The translations under genes were made by a program, and so were the position numbers. From positions 96,001-160,000 of the forward strand of contig CAWCXJ010000009.1 in NCBI GenBank assembly GCA_963799485.1: a stretch of 64,000 bases of DNA, read 5' to 3'. Origin of the DNA: an uncultured Trueperaceae bacterium (lineage in GTDB: Bacteria > Deinococcota > Deinococci > Deinococcales > Trueperaceae). Within the stretch, counting starts at the first letter, position 1. Each line of letters opens with the position of its first letter. Under the pieces are notes generated by a model. It did no database searches, was not told the DNA's origin, and saw only the letters and a list, made by a program, of their open reading frames with translations. Below are positions 28,529-42,864 of this stretch, piece by piece.

Positions 28529-30091
28529 CTAGCGCGGCCCTGCTCGCCGAACGGTATCGGACACGCTGCTATACTGTTCGAAATTGGCCTTGAACATCGC
28601 CGCGAGTTTTTGTGCCTGGGCGTCGTAAGCGTCCGGATTGCGCCAGGTGGCCCTGGGGGTGAGGAGTTCAGCCGGGACGCCGGGACAAGTGCGCGGCACC
28701 GCAAGGTTGAACACGGGATGATTGGCAAACGCAGCGCCGCTCAGCTCGCCGGAAAGCGCGGCGTGAACCATGGCGCGGGTGTGTGTTAGCGAAATCCGCT
28801 CGCCGACGCCGTAAGGCCCACCGCTCCAGCCGGTATTGACGAGCCAGACGTCGGCGCTGTGGGTACGCAGCCGTTCGCCCAGCATTTGCGCGTAAACGTT
28901 CGGGCTTCGGGGCATAAAAGGTGCGCCGAAACAGGTGCTAAAGGTCGCGCTCGGCTCGGTCACGCCGCGTTCGGTTCCGGCGATTTTTGCGGTGTAGCCG
29001 CTTAAAAAGTGGTACATCGCGCCCTCGGGAGCGAGTTTGGCGATAGGGGGCAAGACGCCGAAGGCGTCGGCGGTGAGGAAAATGACTGTGCTCGGATGCC
29101 CTGCGCGTCCGCTTTCGCTGGCGTTGGGGATAAAGTCTAAAGGATACGACGCACGCGTGTTTTGTGTTTTACGGGTATCGGCGAAGTCGACGACGCGGGT
29201 GTGCTCGTCGAAGACGACATTTTCTAAGATAGTTCCGAAACGCGCCGTCGTCCCGTAGATTTCAGGTTCGGCTTCCGCCGTCAGGTTGACGACCTTGGCG
29301 TAGCAGCCCCCCTCGAAGTTAAAAATCCCGTCCGCCGACCAGCCGTGTTCGTCGTCACCGATAAGGGTACGCTCCGGGTCGGCGGAGAGGGTCGTTTTGC
29401 CGGTACCGGAAAGGCCGAAAAAGAGTGCGCTTTGGCCGTCCGCGCCGACGTTTGCCGAACAGTGCATTGGCAGTATGCCCGCGTCCGGGAGGGTAAAGTT
29501 CAAAACTGAAAAGATGGACTTTTTAATCTCCCCGGCGTATTCGGTGCCGCCGATAAGGACCAGTTTCTCGCTAAACGACAAGGCGATCACCGTTTCGCTG
29601 TGGCTTCCGTGTCGTTCGGGAACGGCCTTAAAGCTCGGCAAACAGAGGACGGTAAAGTCGGGTTCGTGCGCCTCGTCGGTTTTATTACGGACAAACATGT
29701 TTTGGGCAAACAGACTGTGCCACGCATATTCGGTTATGACCCGAACGTTGAGGCGGTGCGCGGGGTCGGTCCCGGCGTAAAGGTCTTGGGTAAAGCCTGC
29801 GCCTTCGGCAGCGGCGAACATGTCACGTTTCAGGGTGCTGAAGTGCGCCTCTGTCATCGGCTGATTGACTGTGCCCCACGCTACTGCGTCCTCTGTCAAT
29901 ATGTCCCGGACGATAAACCTGTCTTTCGGCGAGCGCCCGGTAAAGCGCCCGGTGTCGGCGGCGAGCGCACCCCCCGCGACCAGAAACCCCTCACCGCGTG
30001 TGAGTGCCTGCTCGACGAGCGCAGCGCGGGAGGGGTTCGGCTTCGTCTGTTTGGTTTGTGAAATGGATGTGCGGGACACGGTATCGGCCAT
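28529..30091 (-). CDS. pckA: Phosphoenolpyruvate carboxykinase (ATP)
   Basis: [50 protein letters not shown]. Confidence 0.98.
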   Translation of the reverse strand: MADTVSRTSISQTKQTKPNPSRAALVEQALTRGEGFLVAGGALAADTGRFTGRSPKDRFIVRDILTEDAVAWGTVNQPMTEAHFSTLKRDMFAAAEGAGFTQDLYAGTDPAHRLNVRVITEYAWHSLFAQNMFVRNKTDEAHEPDFTVLCLPSFKAVPERHGSHSETVIALSFSEKLVLIGGTEYAGEIKKSIFSVLNFTLPDAGILPMHCSANVGADGQSALFFGLSGTGKTTLSADPERTLIGDDEHGWSADGIFNFEGGCYAKVVNLTAEAEPEIYGTTARFGTILENVVFDEHTRVVDFADTRKTQNTRASYPLDFIPNASESGRAGHPSTVIFLTADAFGVLPPIAKLAPEGAMYHFLSGYTAKIAGTERGVTEPSATFSTCFGAPFMPRSPNVYAQMLGERLRTHSADVWLVNTGWSGGPYGVGERISLTHTRAMVHAALSGELSGAAFANHPVFNLAVPRTCPGVPAELLTPRATWRNPDAYDAQAQKLAAMFKANFEQYSSVSDTVRRAGPR

Positions 30092-30326
30092 AAGTCACCT
30101 GCTTTTGGTTAAACGTAAGTTTAGTTGAGTTCATAGCAAGAATCACTATGCACATATACGGCTAAGGCATACAGCATAACAGAGGCGGCGCACCGGCACA
30201 TGCAGACCGTCACGCGCTCCCCGGCATAACCCAGTACAAAGCGCGGCTTGACCGGTCGGTAGGAGCGCGCAGCACTGCTCGAGCTTCGCTCTTTACGGCG
30301 CAGCACCAACGTCGCCGGTCAAACCC

Positions 30327-33300
30327 TTACCAGGTAAAACTAACCCCGAAACCGATGCTGGTATCCCGGCCCCCGGTACTCGCCGCGGTACTAGCAGTCG
30401 TATCGAGCGACGCGTCGAGGCTGATAAGGGGGGTGACGGCGTAGGAAAGCCCTAAAGAAAAGTCCGTGACCGCCGATAAAACGCTCTGTCCGTCTAAAAA
30501 GTTGACGCCCCCTGAGAAGTTGAGTTCTAAAGGTGCGGCGGTGTAGCGCAGCAAAAACTCGTTCGACAGGGCGTAGGCTTGTTCGGGATCATCAAAGCGT
30601 CCGACCTGCACGCTGGCGAAGAGGTTGTCGCTCAGATACCCTCCGACCTTGACCGACACCCCGAAGTTTTGCTGGCTGCCTTCGGCACCTAAAATGCTCG
30701 AGAAGGCGCTTGTGCGAATTTCCAACAGGTCGGCCCCGATCACGTCGTTGAGCGCTTTTTGCAGTTCGGAGACGAGCAGCAGGTCGACCGCCGTATCAAG
30801 CGCACTTTCGGCGACGGTTCCGGCGAGGCTGTCGGCGCCGACTACCGTCGTCCCGAGCTGAAGTCGCCCGAGGGTCAAGAGCGAGACGAGTTCGGCTTCG
30901 GTGAGCGCGCGCGGGCTGCTGCCGTTTTCCTGCACGAGCGCGTTACTCGAGAGTGTCGGGGAGAGGTCGAGTGCGCGCTGGCCCGCCACATCCTCGTCGA
31001 ACCCACCGGTCACCTGAAGCTGCACCTCGAAGCTCGGCCCGGGGGGTTCGACGACCTCGATCGTTTGCGCGTTGCCGCGCGCCCGCGACTTGTCGAAGCT
31101 CGCTGCGGCGTCGAGCGCGAGCGTCGGAAAAGCCCCGCGCGTCGGGTCGAAGGTCGCGACTGCCTGCACCAGCGAGAAATCTTGTCCGGAAAAACGGATC
31201 GATCCGTCCAGCGTCCGCGCCTGACCGTCTAGGCGCGGTTGTGCGGCGGTACCTGAAAGCGTCAAGTCGAGGCTTAGCTCGGCGTTTCCAAAAGCCTCGT
31301 TGAAGCGCACCTCGCGGGGAGCCTGCAAGGTCAAACTGTCGAAGCGGATACGGGCGAGTACCGGATTGGTCGGCTGGTTTACGGCGCTGCTGACCGAAAC
31401 AGCCGGGTCTGCGGTACCTGAGCTTGGCGTATACAAGTTTGGCGTACCGGGGTTTGCCGCATCGAAGCCTACGCCCAGGTCGAGCGCGTCCGCCCCGGTG
31501 CTTTCCGGATTCGGGGTAGCTACTGTAGTCAGCGACGCATCCGGGACGACCGGACTCGAGGCGGGCTCGGGGTCTTGTTGCTGTTCAGGTGTCTGCGCCG
31601 ATGTTTGAGCGGTTTGGGTGGCGGCTTGAGTGGCGTTTGCCGGAGTCGTCTCCCGGTTCGGCGACAGCTCTGCCTGACGTACAAACGCGCCGCCGGAAAG
31701 GGTAAACACGCCGTTTCTGGCGCTCAGCGCGAGGTCGACGTCGGTGCTGCTCGAGGCGACGAAAAGCGGCCGCGCCTGAATATCGAGCGCTTCCCCGGTG
31801 ATGTCAAGCTCGAGGGGTGCGAGGCTGCCCGACACCTGAAACGGTTGTCCGAGCGTTCCGCTGCTGTCGAGCCGCCAGCCCGCGTCCGAGGGATAAATAC
31901 GGCCCTGAATCGCCGACACGCGGCCGAGCGTCGGGACGGTTGCCGCGCCGTTAAAACGCAGGGCGAGCCCGGAGGTCGCAAAGGGCGTGAGGCTGACCTG
32001 ACCGCTGCCGGTCAGCTCGAGCTGTCCAGAGATAGGTGAAACGCCCAAGAGTGCCCCCTCGAGGCCGAAAGCGCCCCCGGACAGCGAGGCTTTCGTGTCT
32101 ACCACGCGGTAACGCGTCCCGGCGACGCCGAGCTCTAGGCGGGGGCTGCGGAGCGTAACGTCGGGGGCCGACGCGCTCCCCGCAGCCTGCAGGTCGAGCG
32201 ACCCCTGCGCGCCGACGTTGAGCGCGGCGAGCGGCGGAACGAGGCGCAGCAGCGGCGTAAAGTCGGCGTTTTGCGCCTCCAAGGTAAAGTTCAAGTTTTC
32301 AGGCGTCAAAACTCCCGCGGCCTGCCAGAAACCGTCGCCCCGGAACTCGGCACGTTCGACGTACAAGCTGCCGTTTTCAAACCGCAAGGCCACCTCGCCC
32401 TGGGTTTCCTTACCGGTACTGTCCGGGTCGGTACTCTGCAACGTCAGCCGTTCGGTCGCCAGCCGCACATAACCGGCCACAGGGCGGCGGAGCGGCAGAT
32501 CAAAACGTGCCGCGCCCGTAACGGTCGCTTCGACCTGGGACGCGCCGACGACCGCTTCGGGCAGAGCTTGCAGGGGAAAGCCTTCTAGAGTAACGAGTCC
32601 GGCAAGCTTCGGCCCCGTTTCGGTGCGGCTGTAACGGACGTTTACGCGGCTGTCGCCGACGGTGGCGCGGGCCTCGAGCGCCGCCAGAGAACCGTTAAAT
32701 TCGACCTGGGTGGAGAGGGTGGTTGAAAGCACCGCGAGCTCCGGGGCGATGAGCTGACCGACGATCTGCGTATCTGTCACCGTTGCTACGCCGCTGACCG
32801 GGGCGCTCAGGTACGGCAGGCGTGCGGCGATTTGCGGCAACGCGCCGAGGTCGAAACGGCTGAGCCGGAGTTGCGCCCCGAGCGCCTCGGTTCCTGTCGG
32901 GGTAAAACGCGCCACTGGTTCCGGGAGCAGCCGGAACCAGCCCACTGAACCGTTGACGCTCAGTTGACCGCCTGAAAGGGTAAGCGTCCCGTCCCCGGAA
33001 ATACCCGTTTTGCCCAGCGCCAGCTGACTCGTCAGGGTAGCGACGCCGTTGCCGACGCTGAAAATCGGCAGCGAGTCGGTCGTCAACGTACCTGCCGGCC
33101 CCTCGGCGCGCGTATAACGCATCTCAGCCGAGAGTTGACCTTGCCCGAGTGTCAGCTCGCTCTGCAGCGCAAAACGGTCTGCTGCTGCGCCGTATTGCGC
33201 GCGAAGTCGACCGAACTTGCTGTTTACGGCGAGGCGTCCGTCCGCTGCTTGTACGCGAAACGGCGCGGCGGTGCGCAACCACGGAACGGGCGCAGCGGAC

Positions 33301-36300
33301 GTTCCCGCCCAGCGTCCCGTCAGGTCGGCGCGCAAACCCTCAGCCCACGCACCCGTACCCGAAAGCGTAAGGCTGCCCGCAGCCGTGCGCCACTGCAGCG
33401 CCTGGGCGCTCAGCTGTGGGGTGGGCCGCGCCCTGAGGGTGAGGCTGCCGCTCGTCTGCTCCACGCCCCAGAAGGTTACGCCGTCCGGCAGCGCCGCGTA
33501 CTCGCTCAGCGCAGCCGGCAAGGTCGTGCGAAATACCAACCCCGGCGCGGCGGGAGCGCTCAGTTGCAAGACCAGTCTGCGGCCCCCGTCGCCCCCGGCG
33601 CGCAGCACCAACCTCGCCGGGCCGACCGAAAGCGCCAGCGTGCCTGAAGGCTCGAGCCGCCCCCCCGTAAACGCCAAACTCAGCGCGTTCCGGTTTGTAT
33701 CCGCTCCCGGCGCAGCAAGTCGCAGGTCGAGGGGCCAGCCACTTCCGGTTACAGTCAAAGGCGTACCAAGCTGTGGGCTCGTCACCCGGGCGTCGAGTGC
33801 GAGCGTATCTCGGCCCACCTGAAAGCTCCCCTGCACGCTGCCTGCGCTCCGCGTCAGCTCGAGGTCGCCCGTCAGGGTCGGCGCAGCCAGTTCGCCCGCC
33901 AGGTCTCCCGATAAGATCTGTTCTTGTTCTTCGGTAAGCTTGACTTGCCCGCGCCAGCGGTCTCGGTAACGCGCCTGCACCTCGAGTTCGCCCACGGGCA
34001 GCATACCCTGAGCCGTAAGTTCCAGCCCTTCAGGCGCGTAACGCGCGGTGAGCGGCAGCTCGGTGCCCGCCGCCGCCAGCCGTCCCGTAACCCGGCCCTG
34101 CGTCCGCGTTCCCTGACCCGACACCGTAAGCGTGCTGCTGCCCGGGCCGGTCAGTCTCAGTTTGGTGAGCGTCCAGGGGAGTGTCCCCGAAAGACCGATT
34201 TGTGCGTTCAGCGCGTCGCCGCGAAGCGCGAGCCCGTCCGCGCCCCGTTCAACTACCACGTCTCCCAGGCTCACCGGCCCAAAGGCGACGCCGGTCAGCG
34301 TCCCGCTCACCGCGCCCAGATTTGCAGCGCCCGCGAGTTCCAGGGCTCCCGTCAGTTGCGGGTTGAGGCTCCCCAGCGGCCCCGCAAGTAAAAACCGCGC
34401 CGGGCCGTAGACGCCGCGCCAGCCCGCCAGCTTGCCCCCACCGCGCAGCTGAACCTCGCCTTCCCGCGTCTCCAGTCCGGCGCGAAAGTCGCCGTAACGG
34501 AGCGTTCCGGCGGCGCTCACGCGCGCTTGTGTGCGGGTCACGGTGAAGTCGGTTTCAGCGCCGAGCAGCGCGAGCGTACTGGTCAGCTCGAGCCGTCCTA
34601 GGCGCGGCGCAGCGGTTGCCTGCAGGGTGCCGTCCGCACTTCCCCGGCCCCGCAAGGCCAGTTCAAAAACAGGGTTGGCGAGGTTTCCGGAAAGCTCGAG
34701 TTCACCGCCGAGCCGCCAGTCTGCCGCCTTGGGCCCGAGCCCGCGCAGGGTCAGCGCGCCGGCGAGGAGCGCGCCGGGACTGGCAAACACCGAGCCCTGG
34801 ACGCGGCCCTGCCAGCCGGAAACGAAGTCGCCCAGGCGGGTGTCTAGCTCGAGCGACCCCGCTAGTCCTTTTTGAAACCGCAGTTGCCCCGTGACGCGGC
34901 TCTGAGCGCTCTCAAACCGAATGTCCGAGAGCTGCGCTTCGGGCGCGCCGCCCCAACGCCCCGTAGCGCGGAGGGCAGCGCTCAAGGTCGGTTGCAGGGG
35001 CTGAGGTAAAAGTCCCCCAAGGTTCAAATTCGTAAAGTTAAAGGTCGTGCGGTAGCCCTCGGCGTCAACCGCTGCGCCCCCGCGGAGGCCGTCGCCGGAA
35101 AGTGAAAGGTTCGCGCCTTGGCGGTCAGCCTGCAGGGTGCCGTCTGCGGTGAGCGCGCCCCGAAGCTGCACCGGCCCCTGCAGCTCCGGCGCGGTGAGGG
35201 TACCTGAAAGCGCGAGGGAGCCGCCCAAGGTGAGCGGGTCGCCGGGCCACACCGGGCTGAGCCGACCTAAGGGGGCCGACACCTCGAGGGTTCCCTCAAC
35301 ACGCCGGTCACGCCACGGCTCGGCGCTCAGGTTTGCCGCTAAGTCGGCAACTTGCACGCCCCGGTAGCTCGCCCTGCCCTGAAGCTGCAGCTGTTCTTGT
35401 CCGCGCAGGGTCAGCGCTACTGCTGCGCCGCCCGCTTCCAGCGCCGCGTCGGCGCGGCCCGAAAACCCCGCGCCCTGCTGCCACACGAGGTTACTCTCGA
35501 GCCCCAACGTAGGTCGTGCCAGCGTTCCAATGAGCCGGACGCGTTCGGGTCTGAAGTTCGGCTTCAGCACACTTCGCAAGACCAGCTCGTTTTGGGTAAA
35601 GGAAACCAGGTAGCCGGTCTCGAGGGCTTTTAGCCGAAGCGCAACCGGGTCGCCTGCCGCCGGAACCCTGAGCGCACCCGTAAGCGCAGCTTGGGGGTCG
35701 CCGCGACCGGGCACCATGCCTGAAAGCGACAAGGTGTTCTCACCGAGCCGAGCGTTTAGCGCCGAGATTTGTATCATCTGTTCGTTCTGCGCCGCGCTTA
35801 ACGAAGCTGAAAAGGAACCGAGGCCCAAGAACCCCGTCGGCGCGTCCAGAGTAACGTCTACAGTACGGCCCGTTTGCGTCTCTGCGACGTCTGCGTTTAG
35901 CACCGCGTCTCCCAAGCCCACGCGCAGCTTGCCGCTGCCCCGGTTCGGTGTGTACGCGCCGCTTAAAGCGAGCGTTTCGCCTCTCCAACCGCCTTCGCCG
36001 CTTAGCGTCAGGGTTTCGCCGAGCTCGAGCGTGGCGCTCAGCTCGAGCGGACTTTCGCTGTTGGCGACGCGCACCGTAAGCGCCGCGAGCGGCAGGGAGC
36101 CGGTAGCGCTTACGTTTGCCCCGGCGACGGTGCCGCTCAGCGCGAGCGCACGCCGGTCGGCGCTGAGGGTGAGGTCGAAAGGTCTTCCGGCGGCCTGACC
36201 TTGCGCGTTTAAGTCGGCAAAATAGCGCAGCCCGTCCACCGTGGTAAGGCGCGCGCTACCGGACAAAGTGCCTGCTACCGGGGCAAAAGCGCTCAGGTCA

Positions 36301-39300
36301 ACCGACTCGAACTCAGCCCCGGCCTGTACGCGGCTCGCCTCGCCGGACACCGTAAAAGGCACTGCCTGCCCCGCGACGTTTAGGGTGGCAGAGCCGTCAT
36401 AGCGTGCGCCGCGCCCGCTGACCCCGCCCGTAAAGGTCGCCGGGAGGTCCCGGTAGGGGAGGGTTGCGTTGCCCGTTATCCCGACACGCCAGCTCAGGTC
36501 GGGCGAAGCCGAAACCGTCGCCTGAATTTCAGCGTCCGGCAGTGCGCCGAGGTCGGGGGTGAGCGTCAGGTCGCCGGCTAGTCCGTTCCGGCTCAGCGTC
36601 AGCGGCCCCTGCACGGTTTCGCCTTCTACGGCAGCGTTTAGAACGGGTGTGGTCAGCTCGCCCTGCAACGTCCCGCTGAGGCGATGCGGCGCACCGCGCA
36701 GGGCAAAAGGCAGCGACACCGCACCGTCCCACGACCCGTTTTGTAGCTGTGCGTCGATGCTGTTGCCTGTCAGCGAGACGGTAAGACCGTCCACGAGGGA
36801 CGCCCTCAGCTCGACCTGCTGTGCGGGTAAAGAAAATTGTCCACTGCCCAAAGTTTGCTCGGCAGTCTGCACACGTCCGCTCAGTTGCGGTTGGCTCAAA
36901 CTACCTTGCACAACGCCTTGAAACGTCGCTGCGTCGCCTGCTTCAGCTTGCAAGGTGACGTTTGGCTTGGGAAGAAGCGTCCCGGTTGCGTTTGCCGTAA
37001 ACGTGCCACGCTGAAAATCCGTGGTCAAGCTCAGGCGTTTGCCCTGTCCGCCGAGCTGCGCGGTCAGCTCTCCCGCCGTAAAACGCAGTTGCCCCCGGTA
37101 TCCCTCGGGACTCGAGCCCAGCGTCCCATCAAGCCGAGCGTCCAGGTTTTGCAACACCGTAACCGGCAGCCGCTGAAGCGCAAAACTGTCCGCCTGAACC
37201 GTCCACTCCGGCGTCTCGGCGGTGGTACCTAGGCGGGCTTCTAGACCTTCGCCCGTAACGGTCGCAGTGACTTCGGCGCGTGTTCCGGTCGCCTTTAAGC
37301 TAAGCGCTTCAGTCCCGCTCTGTCGCCAGCTCGAGCGCACCTCGTAAGCCTGTGTCAAAGCGTCCAGCTGAGCGGCGAGCTGCAGCCGTCCCAGCAGACC
37401 GGGTTGCAACGTGTCGGCAGGGACGGTGCCCGTTAACCTGAGGTTACGCAGCGTTCCGGCGAGCTCGAGCGGTGCGCCGCCTACCGAGAGGCTGCCGCGC
37501 ACCCGTCCGTCCGGGTTTTGCGGGCTCCGGGTGAGGTCGGCGGAGAGCTCGACGGGTTCTCCGCGCAGGGTGGCCTCTTGCCCCAGTTGCGCGTCAAGCG
37601 TCCAGCCGTTTTCGCCCTGCTGCGCCGTGATTTGAGACTGGCCGACGCGGAGTTCGGCCTGGCCCGGTGTTAGCTTTCCGCGCAGTTGCCACGGTTGGGA
37701 GGGCAGCTCGAGGCCCGCCTGCGACACCGCCGGGAGTACGCCCCGACCCGTTTAGCGTCAGATTGGGATACCGGCCCCTGACCTGCACCGCGCCGAGGTC
37801 GCCGAGCTGCAAGGTCGCGTCGGTTGCCGGGAGCGCCGTACCCGAAAGGGTGAGGGGCTGCTCGAGCAGACTTGACAATGCGTCAGACGACGCGTTGAAG
37901 GCGAGCCTGTCCCCTTGCGCGGTGGCCTGGGCCCCGAACGGCAACCCGAACGCCGTTCCCTGCGCCGTCGCCTGCCCTGAAAATTCAGTGCCCTGACGGG
38001 CGAGCGTCGTTTTTAGCGTGCCGCGCAGCGGCAGGCCGAGCGCTTGACCCAACTCGCCCAGCGACAGCGTCCCGTCCGTCGCCCACGACTTCAGCGAGTC
38101 GAAACGGGCCGTGAAATCCTGTCCACCGCCCGCGAGTTTCGCCTGCGTGCGAATTTGCCCCGACACGCCCGGTTTTGCCGAGACCGATACGTCGACGCCG
38201 CCGAGCGTCCCCGAAAGCTCGGCGCGCTGCTTGGTGAGCGACGCGTTGCCGGACAACGCCGCGCCGCCGAGTCTCCGCCCTGCGATCTTCGCACCCTTTT
38301 CGCTCTGCACTGAAACTTTCGTGTTTTGTGCGTCGCCTGACGCTTCAATCGTCGTGCCGGGGCCGTCGCCAGTCGTTTGAGCGCGCACCTCGAGCTTGAG
38401 ACTTTCGGCGAGCTGCGCGGTTTGGCCCGCTACCGTACCGTTTGCCGCGAACGTCTCGCCGAGTGCGCCGATACGGGTGCCGTCTAAGGTTCCGGTCAAC
38501 GCACCATTTTGCAGGTTTACGGCGACGCCCGCGCTTTTGTCCGTTACTGAAGCGGTGAGTCCGTTGTCCCGGGTCTGGGACAGCGCGACGGTTGCGTTCA
38601 GGTCGGGAAGCGTGACGCCTGCGCCGCGTAAATTCTGGGTTGTAAGCTGCGCCGTTGCCGACAGCTGCTTTTGCCGCAAGAGTTGCCCTTGCAGTGCGAC
38701 GCTACCCTGGGCTCGCCCGCTCAGCGCGGTGGGGGCGAGGGTATAGCGCAGGTCGCTTAGGGTTCCGGAGACCTCGAGCGGGCCGAAATCGCCGTTTAGC
38801 CCGGTCAGGGTGCCGTTTTGCAGTGTTGCCGCCAACTGCCCGGAAAAGTCGGCTTCAGCCCGGACCCCGCCCGCGACCGGCTGCACACCCTGCGGCCCCG
38901 CAATTCGCAGCGTCAGCGGCAGGTTGCCTAGCGGGCCGTCGGCCTGCGCCGTGAGCGTTACCGGGTCGGTCAGGCCGGGCAGGGTAAGCTGCCGCACCCG
39001 GGCGGTTGCGTCCACAACGTCGCCGTTTAGTGCGAGCTCGCCCGTCAGGTTTGCGCCGCGTTCGTCACTGCCGGACAAATCGACTTGCCAGCTGCGCCCG
39101 TTCGTCCGTGCGTCGGCCTTTAACGTGGCGCTGCGCCCGAGCAGTTGACCGTCCAGTGTGAGGTCGGTCGTGCCGGTGAGGCTGCCCTGTTGGGACTCGA
39201 GCGCAACGTTCAAATCGCCGGAAAAGCTGCGCAAAGGCAGATCCTGACCGTTCGCCGTAATCGTAAAACCCTCGCCTTGTGGCGTCAGCGCAAAACGAAA

Positions 39301-40425
39301 CGGTTCGCCGCCCAAGGTCGCGGTGGCCTCTACCTTCGTGCCGACCGCCGACCTAAAACCAAAGCCGACGTCCAGGTTGCGGAGCGGTTCGCCGAGCAGC
39401 CTACCCTGTCCGGTCGCCCGGCCTGAAAGCGTAAAACTCTGCCAACCGCCAACCCGTAAACTCACCTCGGCGTTGCCGGAGGGCTCTAGAACGTTCTCGA
39501 CCACGTTTACGGGGAGCCGTCCCTGACTAGCCCATACGAGCGCGTCGGTCAGTGCGGCGTTACCCGTCACCTCGGCCTGCCAGTTTTGCGCCGCCAAATC
39601 CACCGTGGCGCTGCCCCGAAGCGGCCCGCCGAGTGCCTGCCCGGTCAGTTCGGTCGTAAGTTTCTGGTTCCGCACCGTCACCGGCCCCGAGACCTCGGTC
39701 AGCTCGAGCCCTACAAGCTCGGCCCGGCCCCCATTAAGCTCGAGGTCTGCGGTAACTCCCCCCGCGTCCGCCTGCACGCTGCCGCTGAGCGCGCCCCCCT
39801 TGAGCCCGTCAAAAAAGCTCTGAGCGAGCGCAACGTCGGCTTGCTGCACGGTGGCGTCGAGTGTAAACGGCTCGAGCGCCACCGTGCCGGACGCTTTTAG
39901 AACCGCGTCCTGCACAGCGAGCGCGGTGTTAAAGGTAAAGTCGCCGTTTTGCTGGGCCTCGAGCCGGGTCAGTGTCACGTTCGGAATGTCAAATGGTGTG
40001 CCGGAAATGCTAAGCGCAACGTCTGACACCTCGGCCTGCGCGAGCACCGGACGAAACCACAGTTGCGGCTGCGCCGTGGGTGCGTTCGGGGTTGCCGGAA
40101 CAGACTGCGCGGCTTTCTCTATATTGAGCGCGCCGCGTACCCCCGTAATTTCGGTACGCAGCGGCAAAGTGCCGGTCAGCAGCGCCGGCAAGGTGTAGCC
40201 GAGCTGCAAGGTGTCAACCTCGAGGTTGGTGCCCGGCCCCTTAACGCTCAGGTTCTCGAGGCGTAGGCTATAAAAAAGGTTGCCGCCGCTCTTATCGTAA
40301 GAAACCGTGTACCCGGCGCGCGCCGCAAACGACGTACCCCAGCGCAGAAGCGCGTTTCGCACGGGCGGCAATCCCGGCAAGATAAACAGCGACAGCACCC
40401 CGAGGGTGATCAAAAGACGCCTCAT
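30327..40425 (-). CDS. tamB: Giant TamB/AsmA-like translocation-assembly protein, split by a single frameshift near 37730
   Basis: The 943-aa ORF (N-terminal anchor) and the 2466-aa ORF are both Gly/Leu/Thr beta-strand repeats, with a DUF490-like C-terminus (LSLDLTLSGTAAQPRLDGQ, LSSN, ELVSLLTLG, ...FGVSFTW). Removing one base in ACTCCCGGCG joins them into ~3365 aa. Confidence 0.85.
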
Positions 40426-40703
40426 CTAGAAAAATCCGGCGGTCAGAAGCTTAGATTGAGAAGGTTTGGAAGCGCAGAGGCGACGCAGGGAACAAGACAT
40501 GCTAATAACAGAAGAATACCATCCGCCGGGGGCCGATCCCTTGTGCATTCTTACCTTTTTTGCCGGGGCGGCTTTAGGCTTTATTCATTTGAATCTCAGT
40601 TTCGTGTCAGGGTTTTGCGTTCGGGTTTAGGGCCCGGATTAGGTATCCGCGCAGCGCAAGCTGTGTACAGGTGTTACGGGCCGGGTTGCGTTAGCATAAC
40701 GGA

Positions 40704-40988
40704 ATGTCTCAAACCGACGATCTCGTCCGCCTGACCGCGCTCGTTTCCGGGAGGGTGCAAGGCGTCAATTTTCGCAACTTCGTCCGCCGCCTGGCCCGTG
40801 ACGCGGGGCTCGCGGGCTACGCCGAAAACCTGAGCGACGGTCGGGTCGAGGTCGTCGCCGAGGGGCCGAAAGTCGAGCTGACGGCGCTCTTGCATCAACT
40901 GCAGCGTGGCCCTACCTACGCCGACGTCAGCGCAGTCGAGGTGACCTGGGGGGAGGTGAGCGGGCTTGAAGGCTTTCACACCTACTAG
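40704..40988 (+). CDS. acyP: Acylphosphatase
   Basis: [28 protein letters not shown]. Confidence 0.95.
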   Translation: MSQTDDLVRLTALVSGRVQGVNFRNFVRRLARDAGLAGYAENLSDGRVEVVAEGPKVELTALLHQLQRGPTYADVSAVEVTWGEVSGLEGFHTY

Positions 40989-41817
40989 AGCGCTGCCCGC
41001 GCCGCTAAGCGCAGCCGAAGCTGCGGCGGTACCGGGAACACTGGGCCGCATCACCGCCGAGCGGGTTGCGGCTTATAAAGACGTGCAGCTGAGCGACGTT
41101 GCCGACCCACCCGTCCGCCCGAGCTTTGCAGCGGCGCTGCGGGTACCCGGTTTACAGGTTATCGCCGAGGTCAAACGCCGGAGCCCGTCGCGGGGCGCGA
41201 TTGCCGAACTAGACCCGGGTGAGGCGGCGACTGCCTACGCCGCCGGGGGCGCGGCAGCGCTGAGTATCCTTACCGAACCCGGGCACTTCGGGGGTGAGCT
41301 GGCGCATCTCGAGCAGGTCGCTGCTACCGTAAACTTGCCGCTTTTACGCAAAGACTTTACCGTACACCCGGCGCAGCTTTTGGAGGCTAGGGCGTCCGGG
41401 GCGAGCGCCGTGCTCCTTATCGTCGCGGTTCTGGGTCGGCATACTGCCCGTTACCGCGAGCTGGCGCGCGAACTCGGTCTCGACGCGCTCGTTGAGGTTC
41501 ACGACGAGGCTGAACTAAGGATTGCCCTGGAGAGTGGCGCAGACCTCATCGGCGTCAACAACCGCAACCTCAAAACCTTGAAGATCGACCTCGAGACCGC
41601 ACCCCGCCTGCTGGGCACGGCCCGTAACACAGGTTTTTCCGGCTTACTGGTCGCCGAATCGGGGTACACCGAGGCGGCTGAACTCAGGCACGTTTACGGC
41701 TTAGCAGACGCCGTGCTGGTCGGCAGCAGCTTGGCGGGCAGCGGCGACCTGAAGGCGGCAGTGCGGCAGCTTAAAACGGGACTCGAGACTCTGGAAAAAA
41801 ACCATGCTGCGCGCTAA
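40966..41817 (+). CDS. trpC: Indole-3-glycerol phosphate synthase
   Basis: [40 protein letters not shown]. Confidence 0.95.
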   Translation: MKAFTPTRALPAPLSAAEAAAVPGTLGRITAERVAAYKDVQLSDVADPPVRPSFAAALRVPGLQVIAEVKRRSPSRGAIAELDPGEAATAYAAGGAAALSILTEPGHFGGELAHLEQVAATVNLPLLRKDFTVHPAQLLEARASGASAVLLIVAVLGRHTARYRELARELGLDALVEVHDEAELRIALESGADLIGVNNRNLKTLKIDLETAPRLLGTARNTGFSGLLVAESGYTEAAELRHVYGLADAVLVGSSLAGSGDLKAAVRQLKTGLETLEKNHAAR

Positions 41818-42508
41818 ACACGTTCTCATCACCGGGGCAAGTAGCGGTATCGGGCGGGCGCTGACGCTTGAACTCGCTCACGCCGAGGCGAATTTGCACC
41901 TTGTCGGACGAGACGCGGCGGCGCTCGCCGAACTTGCGCGGCAGGCCCGGAGTTGGGGCGCACAGGCGCAGACGTACACCCTCGAGTTGACCGACGACGC
42001 AGCTGTCAAAACGTTTTCTAAAGCGTTCAGTGCGCCCCTCGACGTGCTTGTTCACAGCGCCGGTACGGTCTCGTTGGGGGCGCTTAAAGATGCGTCTATT
42101 GTAGACTTCGACGCGCAGTACCGCCTCAACGTACGCGTCCCTTATCTGCTGACGCAGCTCTTTTTGGAAAAGTTGGCGCGCACGAAAGGTCAGATCGTTT
42201 TTATAAACTCCGGGGCGGGTCTTTCGGCCAGGGCCGGATGGGGACAGTACGCCGCCAGTAAACACGCCCTAAAAGCGGTTTCCGACAGCCTCCGCGCCGA
42301 GCTTACCGGGTCGGGTGTGCGGGTCATGAGTATCTATCCGGGACGCACGGCGAGCCCGATGCAAAAGAAAGTTCGCGCGTACGAGGGCAAACCTTACGAC
42401 CCCAAAAAATTTGTACAACCCGAAGACGTGGCAGCGGTAATTTTGGGTGCGCTTACGTTACCCCGAACGGCAGAAGTCACCGACGTGTCGGTAAGACCAC
42501 CGGGTTAG
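41804..42508 (+). CDS. Short-chain dehydrogenase/reductase
   Basis: [27 protein letters not shown]. Confidence 0.93.
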   Translation: MLRAKHVLITGASSGIGRALTLELAHAEANLHLVGRDAAALAELARQARSWGAQAQTYTLELTDDAAVKTFSKAFSAPLDVLVHSAGTVSLGALKDASIVDFDAQYRLNVRVPYLLTQLFLEKLARTKGQIVFINSGAGLSARAGWGQYAASKHALKAVSDSLRAELTGSGVRVMSIYPGRTASPMQKKVRAYEGKPYDPKKFVQPEDVAAVILGALTLPRTAEVTDVSVRPPG

Positions 42509-42864
42509 CTACCGAAAAAAAGCAGTGACGCGATAACGAGATTCCGGGGCACTGCAAGGTAAAAGCCGGGATATACCCGGCTCGCTGCAAGAAGTTGATT
42601 CAGCAGGTCGCCGACCAAGGCAATCGTCATTGGTTCGCTACAACTGCTTTTTTGCTGCTCTGGACGGGGCAATTTGAAACTCCCAGCGGCCTCTGCTGCT
42701 TTTAAGTAGTATGGCCAGCACATAGACAACCGTGAATAACTCGCTTAGCGTATGCTCCTCTAGCAGATAGCGGGACTTAGATATCTTGCTATCTTCGCTT
42801 TTTTCTATCCCCCAGCAGTCGAGGTATCTCTATTCGGCAGTTCCGCGGTAAACCCGGCAAGTAC

